Of a stretch of DNA of 64,000 bases, positions 58,695-64,000 are shown piece after piece. How positions within the stretch are numbered: position 1 is the first letter of the stretch; each line of letters opens with the position of its first letter. The stretch spans positions 3,712,001-3,776,000 of the forward strand of contig OZ244065.1 in the NCBI GenBank assembly GCA_965215505.1. The letters are read 5' to 3'. The position numbers were made by a program, and so were the translations under genes. The DNA is from Capsulimonadaceae bacterium (GTDB taxonomy: Bacteria; Armatimonadota; Armatimonadia; Armatimonadales; Capsulimonadaceae). Under the pieces are notes generated by a model. The model was given only the letters and a program-made list of their open reading frames with translations, was not told the DNA's origin and searched no databases.

Positions 58695-58921
58695 ACCCTA
58701 TTATGGCCGACGGGGACAGAGTTTCGGCCGAAATGACAATACTTGCCGCAGGCGACCCGGACCCGGCGGAAATACTTGCCGTTTTTCTACCCGCTGCGCT
58801 TGTTTGGCATGGTTTGTGCTGTGCGGAACAGTGGCCACGTTGTGCGGCCACACGACGGTTATTTGGCCCTTTCAATCCGTTACGCTTTTTGCGGCCCCGC
58901 TTCCGAAAGGTTGATCCCCTC

Positions 58922-60427
58922 ATGCCTCCTGCCTACCCGCGATTGCCTGCGCTCTCCAGGCTCACGACTCTGGGCCTTGCTCTAGCCTCATCCCTGACCG
59001 CCGCGCCTGCCGACGCCCAGACGCAGGACCTGTTCGTCGCGAACCAGCACGGCAGCACGATCTCGCGCTTCGCCGGAACCGGACCCGGCACATTTTCGAC
59101 CAACCCGACGGTGATCTCCGGCGGCCTGAACCAGCCGGAAGGGCTGGCCTTCGACGGGCAGGGCGACCTCTTCGTGGCAAACAACCTGGACGGCACTCTC
59201 GCGGAATTCGCGGCCGGAACAACGCCCGGCGCGCTCGACGGGGCGACGACCGTCCGGACCGGCCTCAGCCAGCCGCAGGGCATCGCCTTCGACGCGCGGG
59301 GCGACCTGTTCGTCGGGAACTTCGGCTCCGACACCATCATCGAACTCCGGGCGGGAGCGGCCCCCGGCACCTTCGGCACGTCCACCACGCTCACCCCCGG
59401 CTATCTGAATGGTCCGGAAGGTCTGGCCCTCGACGCCCTGGGGAATCTGTACGCCGCGAGCTATGTCGGCACCGTCAGCCCCATCAACGACACCATCACC
59501 AGGTTCCAGTACAACCCCACGTCGGACGTTTTTACCTATGGCATGATCGCCGAGAACGGTCAGAACCGTGTCCAGGGCCTGGCCTTCGATGCGGCGGGCG
59601 ACCTGTTCGCCGCGAACGCCGGTACGAACAGCATCAGCGAGTTCATGGCGGGGGCGACGCCCGGCACTCTGGGCACGAGCACCGTGTTCACCGGGGGCGG
59701 CCTGAACTATCCGCGCGGCATCGCCATGGATGCGGAGGGTGATCTGTTCGTCGCAAACACCGTCGGCAATACCATCACCGAATTCGCTTTCGACCCCGCA
59801 ACGAAAACCTTCGGGGCCGGCACGGTCGTTGAGCGCGGCTTGAGCAGCCCTTCGTTCATCGCATTCGGCCCGTCCGCGCCCGTCCCCACCGCCTACAGCC
59901 AGAGCGTCACCACGGGACAGGATGCCCCCGCCGCCGTCCTCCTGAGCGGGAACGACACGAACTCCCCTCCGCTATCATTGACGTATGCCGTCTCGGTCCT
60001 GCCGCTGCACGGGACTCTGACCGGCACGGCACCGAACCTGACCTATACTCCCGCCGCAGGCTACTCCGGCCCCGACAGCCTCACGTTTTCGGCGAGCGAC
60101 GGCGTTGAAACCAGCGCGTCCGCGACGGTCGTCATTCAGGTGCTCACCCTGTCCTCGTTGGCCTTCGTTTCTCCGGTCCCCGGCGGCACCGTGCTGACCG
60201 CCACCGTCACCCTCAGCGCGGCCGGCACGTCGGACACCGTGGTCGGCACGGCGAGCAGCGACCCCTCCGTGGTGCGCGTCCCCCCGGCGCTGGTCATTCC
60301 GGCGGGGTCGAGCGGCGCGACGTTCTTGATCGCCACGTTCCGCAGCCACACGACCAAGGCGGTGACGATCACGGCGACGCTAGGTTCGGCGGTCCGGACG
60401 GTCCCGCTGACCATCACGGGCCGGTGA
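58922..60427 (+). CDS. Secreted NHL-repeat protein with Ig-like domains
   Basis: Signal peptide; P.GLAFD..GDLFVAN repeats; LTYTPAAGYSGPDSLTFSASDG Ig-like module. Confidence 0.85.
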   Translation: MPPAYPRLPALSRLTTLGLALASSLTAAPADAQTQDLFVANQHGSTISRFAGTGPGTFSTNPTVISGGLNQPEGLAFDGQGDLFVANNLDGTLAEFAAGTTPGALDGATTVRTGLSQPQGIAFDARGDLFVGNFGSDTIIELRAGAAPGTFGTSTTLTPGYLNGPEGLALDALGNLYAASYVGTVSPINDTITRFQYNPTSDVFTYGMIAENGQNRVQGLAFDAAGDLFAANAGTNSISEFMAGATPGTLGTSTVFTGGGLNYPRGIAMDAEGDLFVANTVGNTITEFAFDPATKTFGAGTVVERGLSSPSFIAFGPSAPVPTAYSQSVTTGQDAPAAVLLSGNDTNSPPLSLTYAVSVLPLHGTLTGTAPNLTYTPAAGYSGPDSLTFSASDGVETSASATVVIQVLTLSSLAFVSPVPGGTVLTATVTLSAAGTSDTVVGTASSDPSVVRVPPALVIPAGSSGATFLIATFRSHTTKAVTITATLGSAVRTVPLTITGR

Positions 60428-60471
60428 CGCGGGGCGGCCTGTGACTCGACTCCTCCGCCCGCCCGGAGACA

Positions 60472-60500
60472 AGAAGGCCGCCCCGATGGGGCGGCCTTCT
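60472..60500 (+). terminator. Rho-independent terminator-like hairpin
   Basis: AGAAGGCCGCCCC-GAT-GGGGCGGCCTTCT after the gene stop. Confidence 0.65.
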
Positions 60501-60563
60501 GAGTCTTGCCGGCGCGGACCGGCCCGTCTGTAAACGGGCCGCGCATCTGCTACAATGAAAACG

Positions 60564-60771
60564 AAAAGGCCGCCCCCGAAGGCGGCCTCTTCAATCTTGT
60601 CGAAAGGAGGTGCGTCCTATGCGACAAGGCAACTGGCGCAAGGTCTTGAAACTCAAGACCATTGCACAGACTATTGCTGCGATTGCGTCGGCAATCGCGG
60701 CGATCCATCAGCTACCGAGGAAGTAGTCTGACGGCGGGGGACGTTATTGGAGCAACGCCCTCCCGTCTGCT
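60564..60771 (-). ncRNA. Candidate antisense (antitoxin) RNA
   Basis: Minus-strand TGTGG-TATACT (-10 at 60778-60783); hairpin 60564-60591 is followed by UUUU on the minus strand. Confidence 0.4.
60619..60726 (+). CDS. 35-aa cationic/hydrophobic peptide, candidate type I toxin
   Basis: AAAGGAGGTG RBS; MRQGNWRKVLKLKTIAQTIAAIASAIAAIHQLPRK; upstream TGcTACAAT. Confidence 0.65.
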   Translation: MRQGNWRKVLKLKTIAQTIAAIASAIAAIHQLPRK

Positions 60772-60800
60772 GGTTGCAGTATACCACAAAACATCAATTT

Positions 60801-60819
60801 GATACAGTGATACTGTATC
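60801..60819. promoter_or_regulatory. Palindromic operator-like site
   Basis: GATACAGT-GAT-ACTGTATC perfect 8-bp IR upstream of ggt. Confidence 0.5.
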
Positions 60820-60848
60820 GGTCTACCCAGAACGGGGGCAGCACGGGC

Positions 60849-62426
60849 ATGAGAAGCATCACGCGGACACCGGGGCGCACGGCGCGCACGGGGATGGTGG
60901 CGGCGGCGAACCCGCTCGCCTCGCTGATCGGAGTCGAGATCCTGCGCGCGGGCGGCAACGCCGCCGACGCGGCCGTCGCGATGGGGGCGGCCATGGCCGT
61001 CATGGAGCCGCACCTCTCCCACCTCGGCGGGGACGCCTTCGCGCAGGTGTGGGACGCGCCCGCGCGCAAGCTTTCCGCCCTCAACGGCAGCGGCGCGGCC
61101 CCGGCCGGGGCGACACTTGCGGCGATGGGCGGCGAGATCCCCCTGCGCGGCATCCGGGCGGCCTCGGTCCCCGGCGCGGTGGCGGCCTGGATGACGATGC
61201 TGGAAACCTGGGGGACGATGACCGCCTCGGAGGTCCTGGCCCCCGCCGCCGCCCTGGCCGAAGACGGCTACGCGCTGCCCGCCTGGCAGGCCGCGCTGCT
61301 GCGCTCCCATGACGCGCTGTGGGAGGAGTTCCCCGAGTCGGGCGCGGCGCTGGTCCCCGACGACCTGCGGCCCGGCGTCACCCTCTACCAGCCCGTCCTC
61401 GCCCGGACCCTGCGCCAGATCGCCGACGGCGGGCGCGCGGCCTTCTACGAGGGCGAGTTCGCCGAGAGGATGGTCGCCCATTCCGAAGCAAGCGGCGGGT
61501 TCTTCACGCGCGAAGATCTGGCCGCCCACCGGTCGCAAATCCTGGAGCCGATCCGCACGACGTACCGGGGCGTCACGGTGACGGAGCAGCCGCCGGTTTC
61601 GCAGGGCTGCCTGCTGCTGCAAATGCTGAACATCGTGGAGGGCTTCGACCTGGCCGGCCTGGACCCCGAAGGGGCGGAGGCCCTGCACCTGATGGCCGAG
61701 GCGAAGAAGCTGGCCTTTGCGGACCGCCTGGCCTATCTGGGCGACGTGCCCGACACGCCGCTCGCGACTTTGCTGTCCAAGGACTACGCCGCCCAGCAGC
61801 GCAAGCGCATCGGGGCCGAGGCCGCGCCGCGCTACTCGCCGGGCCGTCTGCCGGCCGTGAACGGCGGCTCGGACACCACCTACCTGTGCGTCGTGGACGG
61901 GCGCGGCAACGCCGTGTCCTGGATACAGAGCGTTTTCCACGGCTACGGCAGCGGCGTGGTCGTGCCGGGCACGGGCGTCCTGCTGAACAACCGCATGACC
62001 GGCTTCAGCCTGGACCCGAAGAACCCGAACGTGCTTGCGCCGGGCAAGAAGACGATGCACACGCTCAACACCTGGATGGCCTTCAAAGACGATGACCTGT
62101 GGGCGGTGGGGGGGACGCCCGGCGCGGATGTGCAGGTGCAGACGAATTTGCAGACGATCACGCAGATGGTGGACTGGGGCCGCAGCCCGCAGGAGGCCAT
62201 CGAAAGCCCCAAGTGGCACGTCCCGCCGGACGGCGCGGAGCTTGCCGTCGAGGACCGACTGCCGCTCGACACCTGCTACGAGCTGCGCCGCCGGGGCCAC
62301 CACCTGACGGTCGGGGGGCCGTGGTCGGGCCTGTGTTCGTCCCAGATCATCACTCTGGACCCGGCGACGGGTTCCTTGATCGGCGGCTCCGACCCGCGCT
62401 ACGACGGGCTGGCGCTGGGATACTAA
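60849..62426 (+). CDS. ggt: Gamma-glutamyltransferase family protein
   Basis: GGNAADAAVA, LGGD, SVPG, DTT nucleophile site, LNNR, GTPG, GSDPR. Confidence 0.92.
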   Translation: MRSITRTPGRTARTGMVAAANPLASLIGVEILRAGGNAADAAVAMGAAMAVMEPHLSHLGGDAFAQVWDAPARKLSALNGSGAAPAGATLAAMGGEIPLRGIRAASVPGAVAAWMTMLETWGTMTASEVLAPAAALAEDGYALPAWQAALLRSHDALWEEFPESGAALVPDDLRPGVTLYQPVLARTLRQIADGGRAAFYEGEFAERMVAHSEASGGFFTREDLAAHRSQILEPIRTTYRGVTVTEQPPVSQGCLLLQMLNIVEGFDLAGLDPEGAEALHLMAEAKKLAFADRLAYLGDVPDTPLATLLSKDYAAQQRKRIGAEAAPRYSPGRLPAVNGGSDTTYLCVVDGRGNAVSWIQSVFHGYGSGVVVPGTGVLLNNRMTGFSLDPKNPNVLAPGKKTMHTLNTWMAFKDDDLWAVGGTPGADVQVQTNLQTITQMVDWGRSPQEAIESPKWHVPPDGAELAVEDRLPLDTCYELRRRGHHLTVGGPWSGLCSSQIITLDPATGSLIGGSDPRYDGLALGY

Positions 62427-62430
62427 GGCC

Positions 62431-63378
62431 TTACCCCGGCGGCTCCACCGGACGCAGCTCCTCGGGGTGCAGGCGCAGGTAGCGCATCAGGTGACGCCGC
62501 TTCTCCAAGCCCCGGTGGGCGGGGCCGGCTTCGGGTGCGTCAGGGAACAGGCCCGGCTCCGTGCCGGCGACGCGGTCGTAGATGCCCACCCAGCGCTTCT
62601 TGACGGCGGCCACGGTGACGCCCAGGGCGGCGGCCATCTCCTCGTCCGTCTTGTCAAGAAGGGCGTGCCAGAGCAGGTCCTGCTCGCGGGGCTTGAAGTA
62701 GAACCGGGGCGGGGTGTAGACGAAGAGCCGCGAGACGTGAAGCCCAGGGTGCGGCAGCGTCTCCTCACGCGTGATCCCCAGCAGGGTGGGGCACTCGCCG
62801 GCGGGCCGCGCGTGGGTGCGGTAGTACGCGCCGTACTCGGAGCGGACGCGGAAGCCGCTCTCGATGGCGAACTGGCGCAGGTGTTCGCTGCGGTGTTCCA
62901 CCAGCACCTCGGCATAGCGGTAGCCGCCGTGGACGTAAAAGAACGTCTCCACCTGCTTGTCCCGGACGCCCCGCAGCCGCTCGGGGGGGCCGGGCGCTTC
63001 CGCATAGTGCAGCACGATCAGGTTCAGCCCCGGCCCCGAGTTCGCCCGGCGGACCGCGTCGGGGGCGAGTACGGGCGCGCGCCCCGATCCGAGCCGCCGC
63101 GCGACGAGGGCAGCCAAGCCCGGCGTCCCGCCGCGCCGCGCCTCGGCCATGAAGTCGGGCGCGGCGAAGACGCTCATGCCGAACGCGGCCAGCCGCTCGC
63201 CGGGCGCACCGGTCAAGTCTTCCAGCACCATACCGTTCAGCATGCCCGCCGCCAGCAGCCGCCGCCAGACCTGCGGGGCGCGTCGGAAGCCTTCCGGGTC
63301 GCCCGCGTAATCCTCCGCCGCCAGGGCGAGACACGGTTCGAGATCGGCGGCCTCCAGGGGGCGATAGACCAGATACAC
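62431..63378 (-). CDS. Hypothetical regulator with a C-terminal LuxR-like HTH
   Basis: FKPREQDLL...TDEEMAAALGVTVAAVKKRW; GNAT-like start YRPLEAADL. Confidence 0.65.
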   Translation of the reverse strand: MYLVYRPLEAADLEPCLALAAEDYAGDPEGFRRAPQVWRRLLAAGMLNGMVLEDLTGAPGERLAAFGMSVFAAPDFMAEARRGGTPGLAALVARRLGSGRAPVLAPDAVRRANSGPGLNLIVLHYAEAPGPPERLRGVRDKQVETFFYVHGGYRYAEVLVEHRSEHLRQFAIESGFRVRSEYGAYYRTHARPAGECPTLLGITREETLPHPGLHVSRLFVYTPPRFYFKPREQDLLWHALLDKTDEEMAAALGVTVAAVKKRWVGIYDRVAGTEPGLFPDAPEAGPAHRGLEKRRHLMRYLRLHPEELRPVEPPG

Positions 63379-63792
63379 GCGCTTGCCTCCTCTGCATCCG
63401 GGAATGCGTCCGCGCCTATTTTACCCCGCGTTCCGGAATACCCGTGTTTTTACCCTTTTAGGATATTGATTCCTGTCCCCGCCTGTCTTATAATAGCACT
63501 CAGGACACGGGTTATGTTGCTGAGTGCCCCCCCAGGCACAGTTGACGTCCGTGTCTCCACTTTTCTTTCCCGTCCCCCTTCCGTTGTTCCCTCCCATGTT
63601 CCCTCCCAATGATGCGGCGCATTGACAGGCGTGTCGGTCCCGGCCCGCCACGAACCCGGCCCGGCGTATGGGGCGGCATAGGCAACCCGGCCCTTCAGGG
63701 CCGGGACCGATGCGCCGGGTGCGTCGCGCTCCGGGCCTCTCTTGCCCAGAGAGGCTGTTGAGCAGACGCCCCGTGCCGGGCGATAACGCTTC

Positions 63793-64000
63793 ATGGACAC
63801 AATGACAATCAAGACTCCTCGCATGACCCTCGTGCCCGCGACCGTCGCCCTGGCCCGCGCAGAGATCGAGGACCGTCCCGCTTTTGCCGCCCTGCTCGGT
63901 GCCGCCGTCCCCGCCGCCTGGCCGCCGGAGATCCTGCGGGACGCCCTGGCCTTCTTCCTCCGGCAGCTAGAGGCCGCCCCGGACCGGGTCGGCTGGGGTG
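63793..64000 (+). CDS. GNAT acetyltransferase, partial (5' end)
   Basis: IKTPRMTLVP...LLGAAVPAAWPP...VGW; runs off the window. Confidence 0.65.
   Translation, partial: MDTMTIKTPRMTLVPATVALARAEIEDRPAFAALLGAAVPAAWPPEILRDALAFFLRQLEAAPDRVGWG

Noticed and set aside
1-64000. tRNA, rRNA, prophage or integrase genes
   Set aside because: None recognisable by eye in this window

Overview
GC-rich bacterial chromosomal window. The VPEAST-type PEP-CTERM tail and general gene style suggest Armatimonadota (inference only). Housekeeping and catabolic genes (mdlC, glgB, GH43, GH5, M3 oligoendopeptidase, selO, ggt, aminotransferase IV, PLD, ComEC-like) are interleaved with many small accessory modules: four DNA methyltransferase/restriction loci, intact and decayed toxin-antitoxin genes, two IS elements that each interrupt a gene, and several REP/REPIN-like palindrome families. 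The top candidate for a new system is an N4-cytosine methyltransferase of a SmaI-like R-M pair, split in two by a 1048-bp insert. The insert encodes an antisense Zn-finger HNH endonuclease, gives each half a new terminal peptide, and gives the C-half its own start codon and a probable promoter. The cognate restriction gene is knocked out by an IS, and I found no CCCGGG by eye in the window. Also notable are two integrase-free cargo cassettes flanked by duplicated, largely synonymously diverged gene 3' ends, and an unannotated type I toxin-antitoxin-like locus (35-aa peptide plus antisense promoter). All assignments are from reading motifs by eye; no searches were run.
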